Made by a program: the position numbers and the translations under genes. Under the pieces are notes generated by a model that was given only the letters and a program-made list of their open reading frames with translations, was not told the DNA's origin and made no database searches. Positions 30,550 to 39,980 of a stretch of DNA of 64,000 nt are shown piece by piece; position 1 is the first letter of the stretch, and the number at the start of each line of letters is the position of its first letter. Origin of the DNA: Candidatus Omnitrophota bacterium (GTDB lineage: Bacteria; Omnitrophota; Omnitrophia; Omnitrophales; Aquincolibacteriaceae). The DNA lies in the NCBI GenBank assembly GCA_022705945.1, contig JAKJDL010000003.1:20257-84256 (forward strand), written 5' to 3'.

Positions 30550-31401
30550 CTAAAAAATGATATCAACCGAGGTCGCTACAAAAAGGCCCAGACTCACAAT
30601 CACATTCATAACAAAAAAAGCCTCGTTGATCTTCGCCGTGCCGAAGGATCGGACAAGCCGGTGGGAACGGTTCATAAAAAGCGCGGCCAGTAGAATCCCC
30701 CCGAAAAAAAAGATCCCCTGCCCGTTCAGATAGCCCGCAACCGTCCAGAAAATCACACTGAAGAGATGCAGGATCCTTGTCGCTGTAAGCGTCAGGTCCT
30801 TGCCAAACCGCTCCGGGAATGAACGGAGCCCTTCCGCACGGTCAAATTCGATATCTTGAAGGGCGTAGACCATGTCGAAACCGGCTACCCAGAAGATCAC
30901 TCCGAGCGAAAGAAGAAACGGTACGAGATCAAACCCGCCCCGGCTCGCAATCCAGGCCCCGTAGGGAGCGATTGCAAGCACGCTTCCAAGCACAAAATGA
31001 GAACCCCAGGAGATACGTTTCATGGTCGGATAGAATACCGCAAGAATGAAAGGAACGGGCGACAGAAGGAAGCAGAGCGGTCCAAGTATAAACGCGCAAT
31101 ATTCGAAGACCGCAAGTGAAATGGCCGCTGTTGCGGTCACGGCCCTCTTGGAAAGCCTGCCCGAAGGAATGGCCCGATCGCGTGTCCTCGGGTTTTTGGC
31201 ATCGATCGCCGCGTCAAAAAGGCGGTTGATTCCCATCGCAAAGGTTCGGAAACTCACCATTGCGAGAGTAACCCAGAACCAGAGCCTCGAAGAAGGCATA
31301 CCGTTTTCGGCCATGATCAACCCGAGATAGGCGAACGGAAGAGCGAAAAGGGAGTGCTCAAACTTGATATCTTTGAAAAACAGTATGGTTTTTTTTATCA
31401 T
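30550..31401 (-). CDS. UbiA-family aromatic prenyltransferase (likely the menaquinone/futalosine-pathway prenyltransferase)
   Basis: Eight or more TM helices; NRLFDAAIDAKNPRTRDRAIPSG (first Asp-rich motif) and DIEFDRAEG (second motif). Confidence 0.8.
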   Translation of the reverse strand: MIKKTILFFKDIKFEHSLFALPFAYLGLIMAENGMPSSRLWFWVTLAMVSFRTFAMGINRLFDAAIDAKNPRTRDRAIPSGRLSKRAVTATAAISLAVFEYCAFILGPLCFLLSPVPFILAVFYPTMKRISWGSHFVLGSVLAIAPYGAWIASRGGFDLVPFLLSLGVIFWVAGFDMVYALQDIEFDRAEGLRSFPERFGKDLTLTATRILHLFSVIFWTVAGYLNGQGIFFFGGILLAALFMNRSHRLVRSFGTAKINEAFFVMNVIVSLGLFVATSVDIIF

Positions 31402-31464
31402 AGGATTTCAGTTGCGGTAACAAGCATAAAGCGCGCGGCGGGTCATCGTATTTTTCAACGCGCG

Positions 31465-32934
31465 CTAAGCCAGGAATTTGGGATCGAGTCCGTATTCCTC
31501 CCAACGCGACTCCACAAGCTTTTTGATATCTTCCGACATCACAATATCTTCGGGCCAGGGTCGCTCCATTCCCTCGGCTTCACTTTTGCGGGTCGCGTCG
31601 ATCCCGATCTTGGAACCCGAAAAATCCCGGAGAGCCCCATGATCCAGCTCGTCCAGCGGGCCTTCACCGAACACAACATCGCGTTTCGGATCGAAATTAT
31701 TCAGCGTCCTCCATGCAACTTCGCGCATGTTCCTGACATTCGCGTCATGATCCAAAACAACGATCATTTTTGAAAACATAAGCTGACCAAGCCCCCAAAG
31801 ACCGTGTATGATCTTTTTCCCCTGCCCGGGATAGGTCTTCCGGATCGCCGCCACCACGCAATTATGAAAACTCCCCTCCCACGGCAAATGGAGGTCCGTA
31901 ATTTCCGGAAACTGTTTCTGGATCAGGGGCAGGAATATCTGCTCGATCGCAAGCCCCATATAACAGTCTTCCATCGGAGGCCGTCCGACAACCGTCGCGG
32001 CGTAGATCGCGTCCTTGCGATGCGTCATGCATGTCACATGAAAAACCGGAAATTCCTTGGCCCTGGAATAAAAGCCGGTATGGTCCCCGAAAGGGCCCTC
32101 CATTCGCATATCCCCTGCCTCCACATAACCCTCGAGCACGATTTCGGCATTCGCGGGGACCTCCAGATCGACCGTCCTGCATTTCACGAGTTCGACGGGA
32201 CTTTGCCTCAGAAAACCGGCAAACATCAGCTCATCTATTCCCCGCGGCAAAGGGCATGCCGCCGAAAAAACGGTCGCCGGATCCGAGCCGATCACGCATG
32301 CCGCTTCAAGACGTTTTCTCCCTCCCTTTCCAAGGCTCCGGTAATGCTCCGCGCCGTCCTTATGGACATGCCAGTGCATTCCCGTGGTTACGTTATCATA
32401 GACCTGCATGCGATACATGCCGATATTCCTTTTTCCGGTCAGGGGATCCTTTGTAAAAACAAGCGGCAATGTGATGAACTTCCCTCCGTCCTTGGGCCAG
32501 CACTGGATTACCGGAAGCTTGTCGAGCACAGGACCTTCTCCCGGGCGAACGACGATTTCCTGGCATACCCCCCGTCCCACCGTCTTCGGAAGAATCGCAT
32601 TCAGTTCAAGAAGCTTCGGAAGCATCCAGAGCTTTTCCCATAGATTCGTCGGGACCTTCGAATCAAGCAGGCTCTCAATCCTCTCGGCGACATGCGTCAA
32701 CTTTTCAACACCAAGGGCCTTTGCCATCCGCTTCTCCGACCCGAATAAATTGATTACAAGCGGCATCGAGGTCCCCCGAATCTTCTTGAAGAGAAGGGCC
32801 GGTCCCCCTTTCTTCACGACCCGGTCATAGATCTCGGTAATTTCGAGTTTCGGGTCCACAACAGCGGTTATTTCCGCCAACTCACCGTCCTTTTGAAGAT
32901 CTCTCAGAAAATCACGTAAGTCTTTATATGCCAT
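31465..32934 (-). CDS. ubiD: UbiD-family (prenyl-FMN dependent) decarboxylase
   Basis: 489 aa; MAYKDLRDFLRDLQKDGELAEI N-terminus, conserved across the UbiD family. Confidence 0.85.
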   Translation of the reverse strand: MAYKDLRDFLRDLQKDGELAEITAVVDPKLEITEIYDRVVKKGGPALLFKKIRGTSMPLVINLFGSEKRMAKALGVEKLTHVAERIESLLDSKVPTNLWEKLWMLPKLLELNAILPKTVGRGVCQEIVVRPGEGPVLDKLPVIQCWPKDGGKFITLPLVFTKDPLTGKRNIGMYRMQVYDNVTTGMHWHVHKDGAEHYRSLGKGGRKRLEAACVIGSDPATVFSAACPLPRGIDELMFAGFLRQSPVELVKCRTVDLEVPANAEIVLEGYVEAGDMRMEGPFGDHTGFYSRAKEFPVFHVTCMTHRKDAIYAATVVGRPPMEDCYMGLAIEQIFLPLIQKQFPEITDLHLPWEGSFHNCVVAAIRKTYPGQGKKIIHGLWGLGQLMFSKMIVVLDHDANVRNMREVAWRTLNNFDPKRDVVFGEGPLDELDHGALRDFSGSKIGIDATRKSEAEGMERPWPEDIVMSEDIKKLVESRWEEYGLDPKFLA

Positions 32935-33649
32935 GTCGCCTCCCGCGCTGTGAGAAAGCTATCACGGGGCTAATCGGAAACAGAATGAGGCAGGCCAGAC
33001 CTTCAAGCGCCGCGGCCTGATTCAATTTCCTGAAACAGGTTAGCTCGTGGGGTTTGAGACAGCCGGAAACCGCTAATATCGCGGAAGTTTTTTCCTCCCT
33101 TTCCAGCTCAAATGAAAGATCAAAAAAAACGAATGCCATCACCACCGTAAACAAGCCAAGACCGGCCCCTATAAGAAACCGGAGTCCTTCGAAGCTCATT
33201 CCCGCCAGAAAAAAAATCCACCCGAGGATCACGGAGATCCTGGCTATAAATATCATTTTTCTCTTAAGGAGATACCAGAACGTCAGGTTTGAAAGCTGAC
33301 CCTTGAGGAATGCGTGACGCGCGGCCTGAACGAGGGAAGGGAGATCCCGTCCGTCGTAGATTCGCCGCGGGATAAAAAATCCCTCACCGGAAAGATGCTC
33401 ATCAGGTGTTGCGGGAGACGCGACCGGCGTCACGCTCACATGAACCATTCCCATCTTGTCAAGAACGCCCCTTGCGACTTCGGCACCGGTAATCGAAGCC
33501 GCAAACCCGGACAGCGAGTATTTCCACTTGATCCAGAATCCGTAAACCGCAATCCCCGCCGAAATACCGACCGTAGCGAGAAAAAAAAGCCACTGAACTG
33601 GATTCATTTTTCCGGTCTCCAACTCGTTGGAATCATGTCTGCAAAACAC
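32924..33649 (-). CDS. YugP-like (zinc metallopeptidase family) membrane protein, apparently lacking the HExxH motif
   Basis: ITGAEVARGVLDKMGMVHVSV...DEHLSGEGFFIPRR aligns by eye with the YugP region MTGAQVA..IL...DV.V..TDGELTDHYDP. Where YugP has AAHEVGHAIQ this protein has AARHAFLKG. Four TM segments. Confidence 0.45.
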   Translation of the reverse strand: MFCRHDSNELETGKMNPVQWLFFLATVGISAGIAVYGFWIKWKYSLSGFAASITGAEVARGVLDKMGMVHVSVTPVASPATPDEHLSGEGFFIPRRIYDGRDLPSLVQAARHAFLKGQLSNLTFWYLLKRKMIFIARISVILGWIFFLAGMSFEGLRFLIGAGLGLFTVVMAFVFFDLSFELEREEKTSAILAVSGCLKPHELTCFRKLNQAAALEGLACLILFPISPVIAFSQRGRRHGI

Positions 33650-33773
33650 GGCCGGCGGCCGTTTTTAGGGATGCCATATTACGCTTCCGGGTATGCTAAA
33701 CCTTTCCTTGATGATTATAGGCGAACCACGGATGCGACTCTATTGATTTTATTTCCGGGATGGGAAAGCACCC

Positions 33774-34697
33774 TTAAGATTGCGTTTCAAGCGCGCGCAG
33801 AAGTTCGCGCATGTCTTCGGGGAGTTCGCTCGTGAAAGAGAGCCTCTTTTTCGTTGTCGGGTGTTCAAACCCGAGGGAAGAAGCGTGGAGCGCCTGTCTC
33901 TTGATGGGGGGAAAAGGTATCCCGTAAAAAGTATCTCCCAACACAACGTGCCCCAGATGCGCCAGGTGGACCCGGATCTGATGAGTTCGTCCGGTCCTGG
34001 GACGGATCTCGACCAGGGTCCCTTTGGGGAACCGTTTCACAACCCGGAAATAAGTCACCGCATCTTTGCCGCCGGAAGGTTTTACGATAACTTTTTTGCG
34101 GTTCAAAAACGCGCGACCGACCGGTTCCTCGATAATACCCTCATCATGCTGGATCACGCCGCGGACAATCGCGTGGTAAACCCGGTCGATTGTGTGGTCT
34201 TTGAACTGACGCGCGAGCTTCGCGTGCGCGATATCGGTCTTGGCGACCACCATCACGCCGGAGGTGTCCTTGTCCAGACGGTGAACAATTCCGGGGCGAA
34301 CCTTGTCTTGCTCGTGCGAAAGATGACGCACATGGAAAAGAAGCGCGTTCACAAGCGTGTGATTCGGATTGCCGTGAGCCGGATGGACCACCATGCCTGC
34401 CGGTTTGTTAACGATGATCAGGGCGTCATCCTCGTGAAGAATCTCAAGAGGGATCGCTTCCGCCGGGAGGTCTTCCCGTGGCCGTTCCAGTTTTTCAACC
34501 CGGATCTTTTCACCTGCTTTCACGGCGTAATGCGGCGTCACGTGCCGGTCGCCGGCAAGCACTCCCCCGTTTTTGATCATCTTCTGAAGGTGGGCCCGGG
34601 AATGGACCTCGGCAAGTTTCCCCGCCAAAAAAACATCGAGCCGCTTTCCGGCTTCAACCTCGTCCACAATGAATTCTTCAAAGCGCCGGTAGTTCAC
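33774..34697 (-). CDS. rluD: 23S rRNA pseudouridine synthase RluD (S4 domain + RluA catalytic domain)
   Basis: S4-like N-terminus (KRLDVFLAGKL), HRLDKDTSGVMVVAK, HQIRVHLAHLGHVVLGDTFYG. Confidence 0.85.
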   Translation of the reverse strand: MNYRRFEEFIVDEVEAGKRLDVFLAGKLAEVHSRAHLQKMIKNGGVLAGDRHVTPHYAVKAGEKIRVEKLERPREDLPAEAIPLEILHEDDALIIVNKPAGMVVHPAHGNPNHTLVNALLFHVRHLSHEQDKVRPGIVHRLDKDTSGVMVVAKTDIAHAKLARQFKDHTIDRVYHAIVRGVIQHDEGIIEEPVGRAFLNRKKVIVKPSGGKDAVTYFRVVKRFPKGTLVEIRPRTGRTHQIRVHLAHLGHVVLGDTFYGIPFPPIKRQALHASSLGFEHPTTKKRLSFTSELPEDMRELLRALETQS

Positions 34698-35485
34698 GGC
34701 AACTGCCTCGAAGCTGCGCGGCGAAGCATCAGAAAAATGGCAAGTGCGAGCGCAAACAAAACCAGACTAACCCACTGATTGAAGGTAAAACCGAGCCAAT
34801 ATATCTCCTGCTCACGGACAAATTCGGTGAGATAGCGACCGGCCGCATAGAGCATAAAGTAAAGGAGCCCTGTTTTTCCGTTAAAACCCGTGCGTGCGGT
34901 CCGGCTTTGAAGGAAGAAAAAAAGCACGAGTGAATAACCGGCTTCATACAATTGCGTCGGATGGACGGGCCCTGAACTTTGCGGAAAATGAACGGCCCAC
35001 GGAAGACTGCAAGTTTTACCGTAGCAACACCCGTTCAAGAAACATCCGACCCGGCCAAAAAACTGCGTCAAGGCAACATAGGGAACGATAAAATCAAGAA
35101 GCCTCCAAAAGGAATGCTTCTGTATCCGGGCCGTAACCCAAAAACCCAGAAGAGCCGAGATCGTTCCCCCATAAAAGATCAGTCCGCCTTCCCAGACGGC
35201 AAAAATCTTGAGCGGATTAGAAAGATAATAAGCGGAGTTCTGAAGAACATAGAGAAGCCGGGCGCCGGAAAAGCCCCAGATAAAAAGCCAGAACATCATG
35301 TCGGAACAATCATCCGGTTTTGGGAATCCTTCGCGGGAAGCACGCCGGCGCATCAAAAACAGGGAGACCAGCATTCCGGCCGCAAGGCAGAGTCCGTATG
35401 AAAAAAGATGGATGGGGCCGATCGAGAAAATAACGGGAATCACGCTTTCTCTCCCCTGCGGAAAAGGCTCAAAAGATAGATACAA
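34694..35485 (-). CDS. lgt: Prolipoprotein diacylglyceryl transferase Lgt
   Basis: IGPIHLFSYGLCLAAGML...IFAVWEGGLIFYGG signature. The ATG at 35485 overlaps lspA by 46 nt; a GTG at 35443 would give a GTGA start/stop overlap with lspA instead. Confidence 0.85.
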   Translation of the reverse strand: MYLSFEPFPQGRESVIPVIFSIGPIHLFSYGLCLAAGMLVSLFLMRRRASREGFPKPDDCSDMMFWLFIWGFSGARLLYVLQNSAYYLSNPLKIFAVWEGGLIFYGGTISALLGFWVTARIQKHSFWRLLDFIVPYVALTQFFGRVGCFLNGCCYGKTCSLPWAVHFPQSSGPVHPTQLYEAGYSLVLFFFLQSRTARTGFNGKTGLLYFMLYAAGRYLTEFVREQEIYWLGFTFNQWVSLVLFALALAIFLMLRRAASRQLP

Positions 35486-35880
35486 ACGCCGATCGAAATT
35501 GCAAGATCGGCAAGGTTAAAAACGGGCCAGATCCGGAAATCAAGAAAATCAATAACCGCCCCGATGCGGAGCCTGTCGATCCAGTTACCAACGGCACCTC
35601 CAAGGATAAGGCTCAGCGCCCATTTTTCCGAGAGATTCGCGCCTTGAGACCGAACCGTCAAAATGAACAGAAAAACAATGCTGATGGTAATCACCGAAAA
35701 AAGGAAGGAACCATGATCACTCAAGAATCCAAATGCGGCACCGGTATTAAATACAAGCGTCAGATGGAAAGCATCCGGTACGACAATGACCGGCGCCTGT
35801 GCGAGGAAGGTCAGAGCAATATACTTGGAAAGTTGATCAACGCAGACGACCGATAGCGCCCAAGCGTAAAAAGCGATCAA
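35440..35880 (-). CDS. lspA: Lipoprotein signal peptidase II LspA
   Basis: VDQLSKYIAL...FNTGAAFG...NWIDRLRIGAVIDFLDFRIWPVFNLADLAISIG motifs. Confidence 0.9.
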   Translation of the reverse strand: MIAFYAWALSVVCVDQLSKYIALTFLAQAPVIVVPDAFHLTLVFNTGAAFGFLSDHGSFLFSVITISIVFLFILTVRSQGANLSEKWALSLILGGAVGNWIDRLRIGAVIDFLDFRIWPVFNLADLAISIGVCIYLLSLFRRGEKA

Positions 35881-36473
35881 GCTCGCCGGGGCTCCTTTTC
35901 AAATTCTTCCTGGGCCTGGAGACAAAATCTTACGTAAGGAGCGGCTAAAAGACGTTTTTTGGGGATCGCCACACCGTATTTCTCACAAATACCATAGGTG
36001 CCATCTTCAATCTTTTTGAGCGCATTCTGCACATCATTTAAAAACCGCTGTTTGTTCGAAACAAGACCGATGTTGAGTTCGCGGTCAAAACTGTCCGTCG
36101 CCGCATCCGCCATGTGCAGACCGTATCCCGAAAGGTCTCCGGACGAATCCTTTTGGCTGGTATTAAGATGTTCACCTTCGATCGACTGCAAATTTCCGAC
36201 TATCTTTTTTTTGAGATCAGTCAGGAGCTTCCTGAAAAGCTCCTGTTCCGATTTACTATAGGGACTTTTGGTAAGCTTGGGGCCCTTCGGAGCTTTGACG
36301 ATCGAGGGGGCCTTATATCCCATGATCGGAACTGTTTTTTTTGCTTTGGAGCGGGATGCGGCCTTGGGCTTAAGTTTACCCTTCGCTTTAGGTTTGGACC
36401 TGGATCCGGACCGCGCCTTCGATTTAGCTCCGGAAACGGCTCTTTTTTTCACAACTTTTTTCTTTTTAGACAT
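35877..36473 (-). CDS. dksA: DksA/TraR-family protein with a Lys-rich N-terminal extension and a degenerate (two-Cys) zinc finger
   Basis: Coiled-coil with tip HMADAATDSFDRE (DxxDxE) and C-terminal KKIEDGTYGICEKYGVAIPKKRLLAAPYVRFCLQAQEE (CxxY...CxxA where DksA has CxxC...CxxC). N-terminal MSKKKKVVKKRAVSGAKSKARSGSRSKPKAKGKLKPKAASRSKAKK. Start set at the internal Met 36473; the track ORF runs to 36545. Confidence 0.75.
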   Translation of the reverse strand: MSKKKKVVKKRAVSGAKSKARSGSRSKPKAKGKLKPKAASRSKAKKTVPIMGYKAPSIVKAPKGPKLTKSPYSKSEQELFRKLLTDLKKKIVGNLQSIEGEHLNTSQKDSSGDLSGYGLHMADAATDSFDRELNIGLVSNKQRFLNDVQNALKKIEDGTYGICEKYGVAIPKKRLLAAPYVRFCLQAQEEFEKEPRRA

Positions 36474-36651
36474 TTGGGTACATCCTTCCTTATGCTCTCG
36501 ATACGGACACCCCTGCGGGGGCCGTGTATCCCGAGCCCCGCACAATTCGCGGCGGCATTATACTGAGGTCCCCTTCTTGGCGCAAGCGTTAAAAGCCGCC
36601 ACATTCCTCACGGTAAGGTTTTTTTAATATGAGGCAACGGGGGCGGGAGTG

Positions 36652-37950
36652 TCAGTGCTGCAACGAGGAGGCCGTAACGTTACCCTCGGCCATTTCTTTC
36701 TTGAGGACCCTGATAAACGCATCCACAACAACCGGGTCAAATTGAGTCCCTGCGCAGCTCTCAAGCTCCAGAAATGCCGTTTCGATCGAGCGTCCTTCCC
36801 TGTAGCATCGGTTGGAAACAATGGCGTGGAAACTATCGACAACGCAGACAATGCGTGCTTCAATCGGAATGGCCTCCCCTTTAAGCCGACGAGGATAACC
36901 GGTTCCGTCAAACCGCTCGTGGTGAGAAAGGATAATCTCTCTAACCTTTTTGAAATCCGACAAAGGCTCGAGAATTTTCGCTCCTTTTTCCACATGGGTT
37001 TTCATAACCGCCCATTCCTCAGGAGTCAAATGCCCCGGCTTGGTGAGGATATTATCAGGAATCCCGATCTTGCCGACATCATGAAGCAGAAGCGCGGCCG
37101 AGAGAATGTCCTTGTTGCGACCGGCAAGATCCAGCCCCAGTTCGCGAGCGGTCATCATCCCGAGCTTTTCCACTTCGGAAACATGACCATAAACCGAGGG
37201 CTCCTTGGCTTCCACTTCCTCGGCAAGCGATCGGATGATTTCATAATAAGTCTGCTGCTCTTTATATCGGAGCTTCTCAATCTCGGTCAGGCGGCGTTCG
37301 AGTTCGCGGTTTTTCTCGATAAGGCTCTGGTTGTATTCCGAAGTTTTGATGGCCATTGAACAGTCATGCGCGAGGGTCTGGAAGAAAAATATCTCCTGCA
37401 TGGTAAAAGGCTTCCCGCTGAGTTTGCTTCCGAGCATCAGGATACCGACCAGGTCATTTTTAAAATAACCGGGAATCACAAGATCGACCTTGAGCATTCC
37501 CATGGTTCTCTGTACCTTGACAAGGTCATCGGACCGGGAACGGATTGCCAGCCGGAAATGAGCCTTGTTTAGATTCTTCCTGATGTCCGCAAGGAGAAGG
37601 TAATCCTGATGAAAGGGTGTTTTTTCCCGTGAGACGGAAAACCATTGGATCAGCGGGTGGTCCGCGTCAAACTTAATGAGCCCCACCGGCACCCGTCCGG
37701 TTCCTTTTGAATCAACGAAGACATACCGCTGCTTGGACGATTCATGAACAAGCAGCGCAGTGTGCCGGAGTCCGAACTGCCTGTCAATAAACCTCGCGAT
37801 CAGCTTGAGGAGGCGGTCAGGCTTCCTGAGACGAACCATACTGCGAGCCACGTCCCTGAGAGCTTGCTGGTAATCAATTTTTTTATCAACCGATCCGGAA
37901 CTCCTGCCCGACATAGAATCGTTACACCCGCCCCGGTTTTGCCTGATCAA
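36652..37950 (-). CDS. GAF domain + HD-GYP c-di-GMP phosphodiesterase
   Basis: LLHDVGKIGIPDNILTKPGHLTPEEWAVMKTHVEKGAKIL and HHERFDGTGYP (the HD and GYP motifs). Confidence 0.85.
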   Translation of the reverse strand: MIRQNRGGCNDSMSGRSSGSVDKKIDYQQALRDVARSMVRLRKPDRLLKLIARFIDRQFGLRHTALLVHESSKQRYVFVDSKGTGRVPVGLIKFDADHPLIQWFSVSREKTPFHQDYLLLADIRKNLNKAHFRLAIRSRSDDLVKVQRTMGMLKVDLVIPGYFKNDLVGILMLGSKLSGKPFTMQEIFFFQTLAHDCSMAIKTSEYNQSLIEKNRELERRLTEIEKLRYKEQQTYYEIIRSLAEEVEAKEPSVYGHVSEVEKLGMMTARELGLDLAGRNKDILSAALLLHDVGKIGIPDNILTKPGHLTPEEWAVMKTHVEKGAKILEPLSDFKKVREIILSHHERFDGTGYPRRLKGEAIPIEARIVCVVDSFHAIVSNRCYREGRSIETAFLELESCAGTQFDPVVVDAFIRVLKKEMAEGNVTASSLQH

Positions 37951-38321
37951 GCACCGGCAAGACTTTCTATTTTTTCCTGAACATCTTTCTCGAGATATTC
38001 CAGGCTCAACGGTTTTGTAATGTAATTATCGGCTCCGGCCCGCATGGCGTCTTCGATCCTGTCTTGCGTTTCGACCGCAGTAACCATGATAACCTTGGTT
38101 TTCGGATATTTCTCCTTGATCTTCCGAAGGGCCGTTAACCCGTCCATTTCAGGCATCTGGATATCAAGAAGGACAACATTGGGACCGAATTTCTCGACCT
38201 GGTCGAGGGCCTGGACCCCGGAATGAGCGGTCGCAACATTATAATCGCGATCTTCAAAAAAGGATCTCAAAAACTCGCAAATTTCGACTTCATCATCTAC
38301 CAGCAGCAGCTTTTTTTTCAT
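37947..38321 (-). CDS. Single-domain response regulator (CheY-like receiver)
   Basis: KKLLLVDDEVEICEFL...VVLLDIQMPEMDGLTALRKIKE...VIMVTAVE. Confidence 0.85.
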   Translation of the reverse strand: MKKKLLLVDDEVEICEFLRSFFEDRDYNVATAHSGVQALDQVEKFGPNVVLLDIQMPEMDGLTALRKIKEKYPKTKVIMVTAVETQDRIEDAMRAGADNYITKPLSLEYLEKDVQEKIESLAGA

Positions 38322-38353
38322 TGGTCAGCCTCCCGATTAATGATTTCAAAAAC

Positions 38354-39898
38354 TCAGCCTTCGTTCCTTATCAAAACCGAATCATTCTGCCTGCTTTCTT
38401 CATCAGCCTCTCGGGAACTTGCTTTCGAGAGCGGCAGCTGAACGACAAAAAGACTACCCTCGCCCGGCCGGCTTTCAGCCCGAATCGCTCCTCCGTAACG
38501 GTGAACGATCTGTTGCGTCACAAAAAGCCCCAACCCCACAGCGTCATGCCTGGTCGTGAAAAACGGATTGAAAACCTTCTCCAGATCGTCGGGAGCGATC
38601 CCCTTCCCCGAATCCGAAAATCTGACCTCGATCACCTCATCTTCCGGAGATCGACGAAGTTCGATATGAATTTTCCCTTCGCTTCCGATCGCTTCCGCCG
38701 CGTTTAAAAAAAGATTGAGAAAAACTTCGCGAAGCTCCTGCACATTTCCCAAAAACAGCGGGAGATCCGGATCGACCGCTCGCGTAATCTCGATCTTGTC
38801 GTGCATTGCCTGATATCCTGCGACAGCCACCGTATCGTCCAGAACCTTTTCCAGAGACACGCGCTCCCGGGGAGCTTTCGATGCCTGGGAATACACGAGC
38901 AGCTTTTTGGTAATATCGGCAGCCCGGCGTGTTTGCTTCACTATAACATTCAGTGCATCTTCAATGTGCGGCTCGAGCGGCGTCCGGTTTTTCTGCATCA
39001 AAAGGACCTGTGCTTTCCCCGAAATAATAGCAAGAGGGTTATGGACCTCATGAGCGATTCCTGCCGCCAACCTCTCGATCGCGGACATCTTCGTCTTTTG
39101 GAACCACTCCGCCTGTGAGTCTTGAAGCTCGAAGTTTTCAGTTTTCAGACCGCGGACCACCTGGGCATTGAGAAGACAAACCGCGACCGATCCTGCAAAT
39201 TCCCGAAAAAACTGGAAGTCTCCCTTGTCAAAAATGGTGTCGGGTGAATATGCGCCAAGCGCGAGCAGTCCTACGAGCCGATCTCCGACAAAAAGCGGGA
39301 TGACCCATCCCGCACGAAGCTGATCAAAATCACGGGCAAGATCGTTCGCCCCCTGCCACGTCAGCGTCTTGAGAAGCGGCTCCCTCACAAGCACATGCGG
39401 TCCCGTACGATGGATCATTTTGACAAGAGGCGACTCCTCGTTGAGGCAGACTTTCCTGGGAGACGCAAGCGGCCACCCGAAAGCCGACGTCACCTCAAAA
39501 GAACCCCGAAGAGGGTCTGATGCAAGTATGGCAACCGTCTTAAGATGAAGAATCTCGCCGAGCGTATTTACGATCAGATTGGAAAGCTCCTGAAGATCAA
39601 GGTTCGTTTTCAGTTCCTCGGCAAGCTGAGTCAATGTCCACTGGGCATAGCTTTTTTTATGGAAAAAATATTTTTCAAGGAACCATTTCACCGCACGCTC
39701 GATGGGCTTGAAAGCAACGAGAAAAATGATCGTCATGATAAAAATGGGCGTGAACGGATGGGAGCCCCAGAAAGCGTCCACGAACCAGGGAAGAATCAAC
39801 GATGTCAGATAGGCGGTAACAGCCCCCAAGAAGAAAAGTATGAGGCCGGTAAGAATCTTGCGGAGAACGGTTTTGGGATTTCTCAAATAAAAAAACAT
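38354..39898 (-). CDS. Sensor histidine kinase (2 TM, GAF-like sensor, HisKA, HATPase_c)
   Basis: H-box ERLAAGIAHEVHNPLAIISG, N/G boxes LNLFLNAAEAIGSEGKI...DSGKGIAPDDLEKVFNPFFTTRHDAVGLGLFV. Confidence 0.85.
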   Translation of the reverse strand: MFFYLRNPKTVLRKILTGLILFFLGAVTAYLTSLILPWFVDAFWGSHPFTPIFIMTIIFLVAFKPIERAVKWFLEKYFFHKKSYAQWTLTQLAEELKTNLDLQELSNLIVNTLGEILHLKTVAILASDPLRGSFEVTSAFGWPLASPRKVCLNEESPLVKMIHRTGPHVLVREPLLKTLTWQGANDLARDFDQLRAGWVIPLFVGDRLVGLLALGAYSPDTIFDKGDFQFFREFAGSVAVCLLNAQVVRGLKTENFELQDSQAEWFQKTKMSAIERLAAGIAHEVHNPLAIISGKAQVLLMQKNRTPLEPHIEDALNVIVKQTRRAADITKKLLVYSQASKAPRERVSLEKVLDDTVAVAGYQAMHDKIEITRAVDPDLPLFLGNVQELREVFLNLFLNAAEAIGSEGKIHIELRRSPEDEVIEVRFSDSGKGIAPDDLEKVFNPFFTTRHDAVGLGLFVTQQIVHRYGGAIRAESRPGEGSLFVVQLPLSKASSREADEESRQNDSVLIRNEG

Positions 39899-39980
39899 AG
39901 ACCGCGCAGTATCGATTCTTTATTTTTTTTTGCCAATGATCTATCCTCCTGAAAACGCGTTTCCAAACCCATAATTCCTT

